The notes under the pieces: model-generated
Databases searched by the model: none
Seen by the model: the letters and a program-made list of their open reading frames with translations, nothing else
What the model was told of the DNA's origin: nothing
Made by a program: the position numbers and the translations under genes
In this document: positions 37,499 through 46,243 of the stretch, one piece after another
Numbering within the stretch: the stretch's first letter is position 1
Layout: every line of letters starts with the position of its first letter
Source: Anaerolineales bacterium
Lineage (GTDB): Bacteria > Chloroflexota > Anaerolineae > Anaerolineales > E44-bin32
Length of the DNA: 64,000 bases
NCBI GenBank assembly: GCA_034430425.1
Contig: DAOUEK010000032.1
Location: 11,890-75,889, forward strand
Reading direction: 5' to 3'

Positions 37499-38737
37499 TC
37501 AATCTGCTGATGCCAACAATCCTACAACGTGACCCAGAATATAATCCGCGACCTTATACTTACTCATGACAGGCAATTCAAGCGGCTCGCTGTCTTTCAC
37601 CAATACGGTAACACGGTTGGTATCCACTCCGAAACCCGCATCGACAGCCGTGATGTCGTTGGCCACGATCAGATCCAAACCCTTCTGCTCCAACTTCCCC
37701 CGTGCGTTTTCAATCAGGTCCTGACTCTCGGCAGCGAAACCGATAACCACAGCGGGCTTCTTGGTTTTCTTACGTCTCCCGGCAACAAGCGCAAGGATAT
37801 CGTCTGTGGGTTCTAATTTCACTTCAGGCACTCCCAGCACCCGTTTGATCTTTTCATCAACTCTGCGATCTGGTCGGAAATCGGCCACTGCCGCAGCCAT
37901 GAGCAAGACATCCGCATCGTCGCTGCGTGCCAGCACCGCCTGGCACATTTCCTCCGCAGTATCGACATCGATACGTTCAGCGCCGTACGGCGTGGGCAGC
38001 GTGGTCGGTGCGCTGATCAGGATTGTCTTCGCACCACGGTCGATCGCCGCTTGTGCCAGAGCATATCCCTGTTTGCCAGAAGATCGATTGGCAATCACGC
38101 GTACCGGATCGATCGGCTCCTGGGTGCCTCCGGCCGTGACGATAACTGTTCGACCACGAAGCTCCCCCTGCTGACCGAGTAATAACCGTACGTGGCCGAA
38201 TATCTCATCGGGCTCCACCATACGGCCTTTACCGACCAACCCGGACGCCATCCGGCCTTCAGCAGGCCCGAGGATATGCGTCCCTCGTTCCTTCAATGCT
38301 TCCAGGTTCGCCTGGGTGGCCGCATGAGCGAACATCCCCGCATCCATCGCCGGGGCAATGACAAGCGGACATGTCGATGCCAGCGCGGTTAGAGTCAGGA
38401 GATTATCTGCCTGTCCGTGAGCCAATTTGGCGATTGTGTTCGCGGTCACCGGCGCTATGAGGCTCAAATAGGCTTCGTGCGTCAAACCGACATGGATCAC
38501 ATGCGCTTCACTCCCCCACAGGTCATCATCCGTGTACGTACGCCTTCCGGTAACCGACTGGAACGTCAACATGGAAACAAATTGCTGCGCCGCCCGTGTG
38601 AGAATAACGTCTACGACGGCGCCTGCTTTCGTCAATCTGGAAGCCAAATCCACGGACTTATAGACCGCGATCGAACCGGTCACGCCCAAGAGTACGTGGC
38701 GGTCCGCGAAAACGGGGATGGTCTCCTCTTGTGCCAT
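37499..38737 (-). CDS. coaBC: Bifunctional phosphopantothenoylcysteine decarboxylase / phosphopantothenate-cysteine ligase
   Basis: ORF track 37499..38899. ATG 38737 (AGAGGGA upstream) gives MAQEETIPVFADRHVLLGVTGSIAVYK (flavoprotein domain). The CoaB half has PIDPVRVIANRSSGKQG. Confidence 0.9.
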   Translation of the reverse strand: MAQEETIPVFADRHVLLGVTGSIAVYKSVDLASRLTKAGAVVDVILTRAAQQFVSMLTFQSVTGRRTYTDDDLWGSEAHVIHVGLTHEAYLSLIAPVTANTIAKLAHGQADNLLTLTALASTCPLVIAPAMDAGMFAHAATQANLEALKERGTHILGPAEGRMASGLVGKGRMVEPDEIFGHVRLLLGQQGELRGRTVIVTAGGTQEPIDPVRVIANRSSGKQGYALAQAAIDRGAKTILISAPTTLPTPYGAERIDVDTAEEMCQAVLARSDDADVLLMAAAVADFRPDRRVDEKIKRVLGVPEVKLEPTDDILALVAGRRKKTKKPAVVIGFAAESQDLIENARGKLEQKGLDLIVANDITAVDAGFGVDTNRVTVLVKDSEPLELPVMSKYKVADYILGHVVGLLASAD

Positions 38738-38929
38738 ACACTCATTCCCTCTATGCCGGGCCCCAGCGCTTACAGCTCGAGTCCGGAAAGAGAAAAGTGG
38801 ATACGAAGCCGGCTGCATCGACCCGACTGGCTGCAAGCGAAAGGTATCAAATTGTACCGTTTCCAGAAGCTCTCGGCCAATACGTTCTGACATGACCAAG
38901 AAAATGGTTAAACAAGAAGAACGCCAGAC

Positions 38930-39862
38930 TCAATCGAAATACCAAACGGCGAAATCATCGAAGCTTACACTTGCATTGGGTTTCTGCGCCGTCCCCAGGT
39001 AAAGTGCGAACTGGCCATGGATGCCTTCAAACCACCCGGATGGAATCATGCGACTGTCCAACCACGCTCCGTTAACATAGAAGTTAACTTCCACACCTTC
39101 CGCCTTGATCCCCAAGCGGTTGATCGCTCCCGGACCGGATTGGATCAGCGCGCTGGGGGTCATCTCGCGCTTTTCACAGTCAAGCGACCACCCACCACGC
39201 CATGTGCAAACCGGGCTATCGGTTGGCGGCCAGCAGGTCTTCCCGATGAAATACTCCCCTCCGCAGCTGATACCGAACATCAAGCCTCTGTCGTCGACTT
39301 TATCGCCGCGAATTACCATTCCGGCGCTGTCGTCAGGCACGCATTGATCGCTGTTGAAAATGACGACGTCGACATAGAAATTTTCGGCATCGATGGATGA
39401 CCAGTACCAGGTCCAGAGACCGCGAGAGGTGAAGGTGATGTTATAGCGTCCACCGCCGTACCAGGCATTGGCTGCGCCTGCGGAATTGGAAGGAAATAAC
39501 CCCTCTGCATCATCGAAATGATCCCGGTCGTGGCCGTCACCCCATCCGTAGGCCGGGTCGAAAGCTGCACGTACAAGACTTCCCTCCACCGCCCCGCTCA
39601 TGTCTTCGATCGTCTCAGCTGTCGGTGTGGCTGGTTCTTCCGCCTCGGGTTCTGAGGTGTTTGTCGCCGTACTCGGAGGTGCAGCCTGTGATCCCGCCTG
39701 CTGTGTGATCCTGGCCTTTTCAAATGCCAAAGTTGTTGCTTCCACATGAAGTGCCTGTTGAGTCGCTTCGATTGAAGCGGCCATCCGTTCGGATGGCAAG
39801 CTGCACGCCAGGGAAACGACAACCAGTATTGCGAGGCATAAAGGGATGGGAAATTTGTTCAT
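38930..39862 (-). CDS. Secreted/lipoprotein with a concanavalin-A-like (LamG/DUF1080-like) C-terminal domain, paralog A
   Basis: ORF track 38930..39910. ATG 39862 gives MNKFPIPLCLAILVVVSLACSLPS. An acidic linker precedes a domain ending FALYLGTAQKPNASVSFDDFAVWYFD. It is collinear with the next gene. Confidence 0.5.
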   Translation of the reverse strand: MNKFPIPLCLAILVVVSLACSLPSERMAASIEATQQALHVEATTLAFEKARITQQAGSQAAPPSTATNTSEPEAEEPATPTAETIEDMSGAVEGSLVRAAFDPAYGWGDGHDRDHFDDAEGLFPSNSAGAANAWYGGGRYNITFTSRGLWTWYWSSIDAENFYVDVVIFNSDQCVPDDSAGMVIRGDKVDDRGLMFGISCGGEYFIGKTCWPPTDSPVCTWRGGWSLDCEKREMTPSALIQSGPGAINRLGIKAEGVEVNFYVNGAWLDSRMIPSGWFEGIHGQFALYLGTAQKPNASVSFDDFAVWYFD

Positions 39863-39952
39863 GCTTGAACGACCCCCCATCCCTTTTCGAGTTAACTTTT
39901 TCCTTACCAAATTACACTACTCTTTGCAACGCATCTGTCGCGATACAGAACA

Positions 39953-40921
39953 TCAATCAAGATACCAGATATTGAAATCATCGAAGCTCACACTGGCATC
40001 CGGTTTCTGTGCGGTCCCCAGGTAGAGCGCGAAATGGCCGTGCACAAAAACCATTGGTGTATAAATTGCCACAGATCGGTTAGCGACCCATTTCCCATTG
40101 ATGTAGAAATCGAGATCGTCCCCGCGCGCCATGACCCCAAGACGGTTGACTGCACCAGGACCGGTCTGGATTAAATCACTCGGATACAATGTCCGAGCAG
40201 TCGGATCGATAAGTCCCTCTGCTGAGAAATCGAAGATAACGCCGTCCGAGCCCGGAATAGCCGTGAAGCCGATGAAGTATTCCCCACCGCAGCTGATGCC
40301 GAACATCAACCCATAATCGGCAGTCTGTTCCCCTCGGAAAACGAAACCCGCTGTGTCCCCGGGCACACACTGGTCGCCGTTGTACACCAGGAAATCGGCG
40401 TAGAAATCCGCAGCATCGATGAACGACCAGTACCAGGTCCAGCGATTGCGTGAAGTGAAGGTGATGTTATAGCGTCCATCCCCATACCAGGAGGTCGCCG
40501 CCCCAGCACTGCTGGAGGGGAATTTGCCCTTCGTGCCATCGAAATTATCACTGTCATGTCCGGCACCCCAGCCGTAAGCCGGATCGTAGGAAGCCCGTTC
40601 CACACTCCCCGCCACCGCCTCTGACGAGTCTTCCGGGGTTTCTTCTGTGGCGGTAGCCGTAGCCTCTTCAGCCTCATCCCCTTCATCCGGGGCTGGCTCC
40701 TCAACATCCGGTTGATCCGCTGATTCTTCTTGCTCTGCCGCCTGGGTGAGCACAGCCTTTTCCAGGGCCAGCGTTGTGGCTTCCACCTCAAGTGCCAGTT
40801 GCGTAGCTTGTACTGATTCAGACGACTGGTTTGAGGGAAGACTGCAGGCCAAACTGGCCAGGATCAGGACAAGAAGACACATCCACACAGCAAACGGATT
40901 CGGGCGAAATTTATTATTCAT
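39953..40921 (-). CDS. Secreted/lipoprotein with a concanavalin-A-like C-terminal domain, paralog B
   Basis: ORF track 39953..40933. ATG 40921 has GGAGG 6 nt upstream and gives MNNKFRPNPFAVWMCLLVLILASLACSLPS. It ends FALYLGTAQKPDASVSFDDFNIWYLD. Confidence 0.5.
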   Translation of the reverse strand: MNNKFRPNPFAVWMCLLVLILASLACSLPSNQSSESVQATQLALEVEATTLALEKAVLTQAAEQEESADQPDVEEPAPDEGDEAEEATATATEETPEDSSEAVAGSVERASYDPAYGWGAGHDSDNFDGTKGKFPSSSAGAATSWYGDGRYNITFTSRNRWTWYWSFIDAADFYADFLVYNGDQCVPGDTAGFVFRGEQTADYGLMFGISCGGEYFIGFTAIPGSDGVIFDFSAEGLIDPTARTLYPSDLIQTGPGAVNRLGVMARGDDLDFYINGKWVANRSVAIYTPMVFVHGHFALYLGTAQKPDASVSFDDFNIWYLD

Positions 40922-41189
40922 GAGAACCTCCATCGTCAGACTCGATATCGGGTAGAAGTAAGTGTCTCAGAGCTTCGCTACCCGTCTTTAGAAACAAAAC
41001 GGATATGGTCAACTGTTTGTGACATGGCAGGCACGTTGAGCTGCTCTTCCACCATAATAGACTCAAGCCATGTGATCGGCAAATCCATTTTGGCCAAGAA
41101 AACAATGCTGCCGGCATAGAAATCCCTGGCATATGCGCAGACACCGTCGCGCAGTGTGATCCTCTGATATACTTCATCACCGCGTTGGA

Positions 41190-42794
41190 TTGAATCCCGT
41201 GGCGGAGACAGCGATGACAGAAAATCCCGAAGCATTCATCGCCGAGGTGACCGGGCGTGTGCGAACGCTTTACATACGCTATTCACGCGCCATGTGGCAA
41301 TCTGCCACGACAGGTTCAGAAGATGCTGCGCAGCACGAGAAAGAAACCAAGGCCGCTTTAATGCGATTCTGGGCGGATAAAAGCCTCTACGAGACCGCCA
41401 GAAAACTCAACGAAAGTGACGCCGCAGACGGCCCCATTCAACGCCGCACGATAAAACGGATTTATCTTTCCAGCGCAAAAGCCCAGCAAGACGATGCGAC
41501 CATCGAAGCCGTCACCCATCTCGAGACCCAGGCCCAACACAGCTTTTATAATTTTCGTGCACTCGTCGATGGAAAATCAATCAGCGATAATGAAGTGGAG
41601 AACATGCTGCGTACCAGCCGCGATCCTGCATTCGTGCGCCAGGTCTGGGAAGCGAGCAAGCGGATCGGCGAGCAAGTCGCCGATCACGTGCGTGAATTGG
41701 CCCGCCTTCGTAATCAAGCGGCCCAGGCACAGGGTTTTCGCGATCACTTCCAACGTTCATTGGTGCTGAATGAAATTGACGAAGCACAGTTGACCTCGCT
41801 TTTCATCGAGCTTGAAACAACGACACGGAACCCGTATTTGGAACTGAAGAAAACGATCGATCAGATTCGCTCGAAGCATTTCGGAATCGACGAGGCCGAT
41901 CTGCGGCCCTGGCACTACGGCGATCGCTTCTTCCAGCGCGCGCCGGAGATCACGAACGCCTCCATGGATCCTTATTTCGCAGATCGAGATCCCGTCGAGC
42001 TGGCGCTGAAAACCTACGACGGCGTGAAAATGGATGTGCGTGGCATCATCGAGCGATCCGATCTCTACCCCCGGGAAGGCAAAGATCAGCATGCTTTCTG
42101 CCTCGATATCGATCGTGAAGGCGATGTACGCACACTCAACAATCTGGAGTCTTCTCATCGCTGGACGGCAACCCTGCTCCACGAACTTGGTCATGCCGTT
42201 TACGATCAATACATCGACCATACACTCCCATGGGTTATTAGAACGCCACCGCATTCGCTCTCTACGGAAGCCATTGCGCTGCTGATGGAAGCCCTGACCT
42301 ACGATTCTGATTGGCTGAGGAGTGTCCTGGGTATTAAAGACAACGAAGCCAAACGCTTATCCATCGCTGCAGCCGAACAGGAACGTGCCCAACGCCTGAT
42401 TTTCACCCGCTGGGCGATGGTGATGACCGATTTCGAGCGTGCCCTCTACGCCGACCCGGAACGGGACCTCGATACCTTGTGGTGGGACCTGGTGGAGAAA
42501 TACCAAGCCGTACAACGACCGGAAAACCGTCGCGCGCCGGATTGGGCGGCGAAATACCACATTGCACTCGCACCCGTGTATTATCACAGCTACGAATTGG
42601 GGCACCTTGTGTCGTCTCAACTGCAAGCCTTCCTGCGCAAGAAATTCGGAGCGATCGTTGGACAGCCCAGGGTGGGTCGATGGCTGATCGATAATTATTT
42701 TAAACCCGGCGCAGAAGAGGATTGGGCCAGTCACGTCGAAATCGTAACCGGTGAGCCATTAAACCCCGGGTATTTCGTCGATACCATCCGATAG
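41190..42794 (+). CDS. Gluzincin metallopeptidase (M2/M3-like, HExxH...E)
   Basis: ORF track, 534 aa. Zinc motif LLHELGHAVYDQ with a glutamate 24 residues downstream (LSTEAIALL). No signal peptide was seen. The alternative start is ATG 41214. Confidence 0.6.
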   Translation: MNPVAETAMTENPEAFIAEVTGRVRTLYIRYSRAMWQSATTGSEDAAQHEKETKAALMRFWADKSLYETARKLNESDAADGPIQRRTIKRIYLSSAKAQQDDATIEAVTHLETQAQHSFYNFRALVDGKSISDNEVENMLRTSRDPAFVRQVWEASKRIGEQVADHVRELARLRNQAAQAQGFRDHFQRSLVLNEIDEAQLTSLFIELETTTRNPYLELKKTIDQIRSKHFGIDEADLRPWHYGDRFFQRAPEITNASMDPYFADRDPVELALKTYDGVKMDVRGIIERSDLYPREGKDQHAFCLDIDREGDVRTLNNLESSHRWTATLLHELGHAVYDQYIDHTLPWVIRTPPHSLSTEAIALLMEALTYDSDWLRSVLGIKDNEAKRLSIAAAEQERAQRLIFTRWAMVMTDFERALYADPERDLDTLWWDLVEKYQAVQRPENRRAPDWAAKYHIALAPVYYHSYELGHLVSSQLQAFLRKKFGAIVGQPRVGRWLIDNYFKPGAEEDWASHVEIVTGEPLNPGYFVDTIR

Positions 42795-42837
42795 ACCCTA
42801 AACAAGCGAGATCATCTACGCAGAGACTACCTCTACG

Positions 42838-43446
42838 GTGAAAACGATGAGTAACCCCAAGAATAATCCAAAGATACCGAACACTATTATCGTTGTATCT
42901 GGACTTCCCCGTTCCGGAACGTCCATGATGATGAATATGCTGGAAAGCGGTGGGCTCGAGCTTCTCACTGATGGTGTTCGAAAAGCGGACGATGATAATC
43001 CCCTCGGATATTATGAATATGAAGCGGTGAAACGTCTAAGGGAAGGCGACAATTCCTGGGTGAAGAATGCCCGAGGGAAAGTTGTCAAGATCATCTCCTA
43101 TTTGCTAACCAATCTTCCCGAAAAGAACCACTATCACGTGATTTTCATGCAGCGTGATCTTGATGAAGTGCTTGCTTCACAACGCAAGATGATTATCCGT
43201 CGCGGGGAAAACCCCGACAAAATCGATGACAAGAAGATGAAAACGATCCTCCAGAATCATTTAGACGAGATCGATGCGTGGATCAACCAGCAAGACAACA
43301 TTGCCCGGATCTATATGCCGTATAGAAAAATAATCAATGATCCACATCTCTACATTGAGAAACTCACGCAATTTCTTGGATTCCCCCTCGACACCGAGTC
43401 CATGATTCGCGTCGTCGATCCCGGCCTCTACCGGCAGCGCAGCTAA
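42838..43446 (+). CDS. Sulfotransferase family protein
   Basis: ORF track, 202 aa. It has a PAPS 5'-phosphosulfate-binding-loop-like motif, GLPRSGTSMMMNML, near the N-terminus. Size is typical of small cytosolic bacterial sulfotransferases. Confidence 0.6.
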   Translation: MKTMSNPKNNPKIPNTIIVVSGLPRSGTSMMMNMLESGGLELLTDGVRKADDDNPLGYYEYEAVKRLREGDNSWVKNARGKVVKIISYLLTNLPEKNHYHVIFMQRDLDEVLASQRKMIIRRGENPDKIDDKKMKTILQNHLDEIDAWINQQDNIARIYMPYRKIINDPHLYIEKLTQFLGFPLDTESMIRVVDPGLYRQRS

Positions 43447-43516
43447 TTCCTGGTATATAAAGCAGTCATCAGTACGATTGTACTGATCGTCGATGGACGA
43501 TCTGGCTGTAAACAAC

Positions 43517-43542
43517 CTCCGACATCGTTTATAATGTCGGAG
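43517..43542 (+). promoter_or_regulatory. Perfect 9-bp inverted repeat overlapping a TATAAT box (candidate operator/promoter of the downstream array)
   Basis: CTCCGACAT (43517-43525) pairs with ATGTCGGAG (43534-43542), with an 8-nt spacer. TATAAT lies at 43530-43535, straddling the spacer and right arm. It sits about 120 nt upstream of ATG 43662. Confidence 0.35.
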
Positions 43543-43661
43543 ATCGTAAAACAGCAGCGTCTCACAAGGACATTCGCTATTGCGATATGGATGTGCTTCA
43601 TCGTTATATTGTCCTCGATCGCAGAACGTATTTACATCAAGAAGATCACCGAGGTGTAATC

Positions 43662-43862
43662 ATGTACATTGATCCAAACACTGGGGGCCAAATATTCCAG
43701 CTCTTAGCGGTCATATTTGCAGCACTCTCAGGGATTGTCTTGGTATTCTCAAGCAAGATCCGCATGTTTTGGTCAAGGCTAAAACGGCGATTTCGGGAAT
43801 CGGGCAGTGAAAACCTCACAGAAATCGAAAACGTTGATGCAAGCCAAAACCCGGATGATTGA
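43662..43862 (+). CDS. Small membrane protein (66 aa) with an MYIDPxTG N-terminus
   Basis: ORF track 43587..43862. The internal ATG 43662 has GAGGTG 5 nt upstream and gives MYIDPNTGGQIFQLLAVIFAALSGIVLVFSSKIRMFWSRLKRRF..., with one TM helix and a basic/acidic tail. Confidence 0.45.
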   Translation: MYIDPNTGGQIFQLLAVIFAALSGIVLVFSSKIRMFWSRLKRRFRESGSENLTEIENVDASQNPDD

Positions 43863-43887
43863 AACCGTGGATTACTGCGATATTTAG

Positions 43888-45732
43888 ATGAAGACCATTA
43901 TTATCGGATTCGATGCATTCGATCCTGCATTTTTCGAACGTTTACACGATCAAGGGAAACTGCCGCATCTTGACAAGTACGTCGCCAACAAGGGATACGT
44001 CCATTTGGCAGTTGCCAATCCCGCACAAAGCGAAGTGTCCTGGACCAGTATTGCCACAGGCAAGAATCCCGGCGAGCATGGACTATTCGATTTTGTACAT
44101 CGAAATCCATCCAATTACGCGCTGCACGTTTCCTTGTTGCCGACAAAAAAATCAACCTTCGGCGTACAATTTGTTCCACCGTATAACACCCCCACCGTCT
44201 TTGATCACGCTGTAGAGATGGGGTATCCTGCTACAACACTCTGGTGGCCGGCGACATTTCCTGCCCGCAGGCAATCGCCTGTACGCACAATCCCTGGGTT
44301 GGGTACACCCGACATCCTGGGCCGCCTGGGCGTAGGAACCTACTTCAAACTCGATCCGAATCCCGCGGATAAGACGTATAAAACCAATCTTGAAAATCTT
44401 TCGGCATATGGAACACAAAAAGCGCGAGGTATCCTAAAGGGACCGCTGCTGAAATCGAAGAATGCAGAGGATAAGCAAGCAGCGCTCGCCTTTGAGATCG
44501 AATGGATTGACGCCAATACAGCCAACATGCGTATCAATAACAAAACTATTCCGCTTGAGAAGGGTCGCTGGAGTTCTTTTATCGAGCTCAATTTCAAACT
44601 CCGGCTCGGCGTATCCATTCGCGCCACCACCCAAGCCCTGCTGACAGAAAATTCCCACGGGCCGGGAGTGTATTTCCTCCCGCTGCAGATTCATCCGCTA
44701 AAGGCCTTATGGCCTTACGCCAATCCGGGCAGTTATGCCAAGGGATTATGGAAAAACATCGGTCCATACCACACACTTGGATGGCCGCAGGACACGACCG
44801 CACTGGATGAAGGATTCATCCAGGACGATCATTTCCTACGTTTATGTGAGGCGATCCTCGAGACGCGCGAAAAAGTTCTGATGAAAGAAATTCAGGCCCT
44901 CAAGGAAGGCATTCTCGCCATTGTATTCGACTCTCTCGATCGGATTCAGCACATGTTCTGGCGAGATCGAGAGGATATTATCGAATCCTGGTACCTGAAA
45001 TTGGATGCCTTGCTTGGCCGCATCGAAACTCAAATCAAAACCTGCAGCCATCAAGATGCAAGGATATTGGTGCTCTCCGATCATGGTTTCAGCGATTTCA
45101 ATACCAAAGTCCACTTGAATCGCTGGTTAATCGAGCATGACTACCTGCTTTCTGCAAACGAACAAGAACGAGGCGGACTGCAGGATGTCGTCTGGCAGAA
45201 GACGCGCGCCTATACTGTAGGGTTATCGAGCATCTATCTCAATCGATCCGGACGGGAAAGGGACGGCATTGTCATGGATAACGAATATGATTCGTTATCC
45301 ACCGAGATCAAAGAAGCGTTGCTTTCCTGGGAAGGTCCGGACAAGCGTAAGATTGTGCGATCGGTTTGGACGGGCGAAGAAGCCTTCCCCGGCCCACTCA
45401 CTCCCTATGCCCCCGATCTAGTCATCGGTTTCAATGCGGGTTATCGTGCTTCGGGCCAGACAGGCCTTGGAAACTGGGAACCTCATGCACTCGAAAAGAA
45501 CCTCGATCATTGGGGCGCGGATCACTGCATCGACCCCGGCCTCGTTCCGGGCGTGCTCTTTGCGAATACGAACCTGGAGCATCTTTCCTCCCCTTCGTAT
45601 GCCGACATTCCGGATCTGGTCATCGGCGGAAAATTCAAGCCCCGCAAATCCGCGGCATCACGTCCACCAGTTACGAGCGACGAGGATCGCGAGACGCTGG
45701 AAGAGAGGCTCAAGGACCTTGGCTATCTTTAA
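43888..45732 (+). CDS. Alkaline-phosphatase-superfamily phosphohydrolase/phosphomutase (type I phosphodiesterase/NPP-like, COG3379-like), cytosolic
   Basis: ORF track, 614 aa. Metal-ligand and nucleophile-region motifs are IIIGFDAFDP, QSEVSWTSIATGKNPGEHG and ILVLSDHGF. No signal peptide was seen. Confidence 0.7.
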   Translation: MKTIIIGFDAFDPAFFERLHDQGKLPHLDKYVANKGYVHLAVANPAQSEVSWTSIATGKNPGEHGLFDFVHRNPSNYALHVSLLPTKKSTFGVQFVPPYNTPTVFDHAVEMGYPATTLWWPATFPARRQSPVRTIPGLGTPDILGRLGVGTYFKLDPNPADKTYKTNLENLSAYGTQKARGILKGPLLKSKNAEDKQAALAFEIEWIDANTANMRINNKTIPLEKGRWSSFIELNFKLRLGVSIRATTQALLTENSHGPGVYFLPLQIHPLKALWPYANPGSYAKGLWKNIGPYHTLGWPQDTTALDEGFIQDDHFLRLCEAILETREKVLMKEIQALKEGILAIVFDSLDRIQHMFWRDREDIIESWYLKLDALLGRIETQIKTCSHQDARILVLSDHGFSDFNTKVHLNRWLIEHDYLLSANEQERGGLQDVVWQKTRAYTVGLSSIYLNRSGRERDGIVMDNEYDSLSTEIKEALLSWEGPDKRKIVRSVWTGEEAFPGPLTPYAPDLVIGFNAGYRASGQTGLGNWEPHALEKNLDHWGADHCIDPGLVPGVLFANTNLEHLSSPSYADIPDLVIGGKFKPRKSAASRPPVTSDEDRETLEERLKDLGYL

Positions 45733-46237
45733 GGATCGGTTTACATCAAACGATCTGGTTCACATTTTTGTATTTTGCGCCCTGCCGATCCACCTGTGGT
45801 CCATCATTATCATGTTCAGACTTGTTCCCTCCTGGTTGTTATACCTCAGCCAGTCTGACATCATCGGCAGTACGGCTTACCATCTGATGTTTACTATCTT
45901 CGAGACGGTGCTCGTCTTTATCATCCTGCTTGCAGTTGGGCGCTTGATACCGAAGAAATGGACCCCGGAGCCGTTTCTAACGCTGTGTTCCGTATTGCTC
46001 ATCGAACTAGCCATTATGGCGATCGTCTTTCAGCATCTTGTCCAACAGTATTCCTCATTACGTTGGATGTTCGTGAGCTGTGCGATCATTCTGGCTCTTT
46101 CTATTGTTGTCGTACCGAAAATCTCCAAGCTGCAAGCACTGAATCGCAGCCTGGCGGAACGTCTTACCGTTTTGACTTTTATATACGTGATGATTGACGT
46201 CATTGGCGTCATAGTTGTCATCGTTCGCAATCTGTGA
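45719..46237 (+). CDS. About 5-TM membrane protein, partner of sulfatase-fold enzyme 1 (module copy 1)
   Basis: The ORF track gives 45434..46237, but the first 95 codons overlap the AlkP gene. TTG 45719 gives (M)AIFKDRFTSNDLVHIFVFCALPIHLWSIIIMFRLVP..., 172 aa. This is collinear with copies 2 and 3 (172 and 173 aa); copy 2 also starts TTG-GCx-ATx-TTx. Confidence 0.6.
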   Translation: MAIFKDRFTSNDLVHIFVFCALPIHLWSIIIMFRLVPSWLLYLSQSDIIGSTAYHLMFTIFETVLVFIILLAVGRLIPKKWTPEPFLTLCSVLLIELAIMAIVFQHLVQQYSSLRWMFVSCAIILALSIVVVPKISKLQALNRSLAERLTVLTFIYVMIDVIGVIVVIVRNL

Positions 46238-46243
46238 GTAATT

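Noticed and set aside
45434-45718. The ORF-track N-terminal extension (95 codons) of the first membrane partner.
   Set aside because: The extension overlaps the 3' end of the AlkP gene in another frame. It has no counterpart in paralog copies 2 and 3. TTG 45719 reproduces the N-terminus and the 172-aa length of the paralogs.
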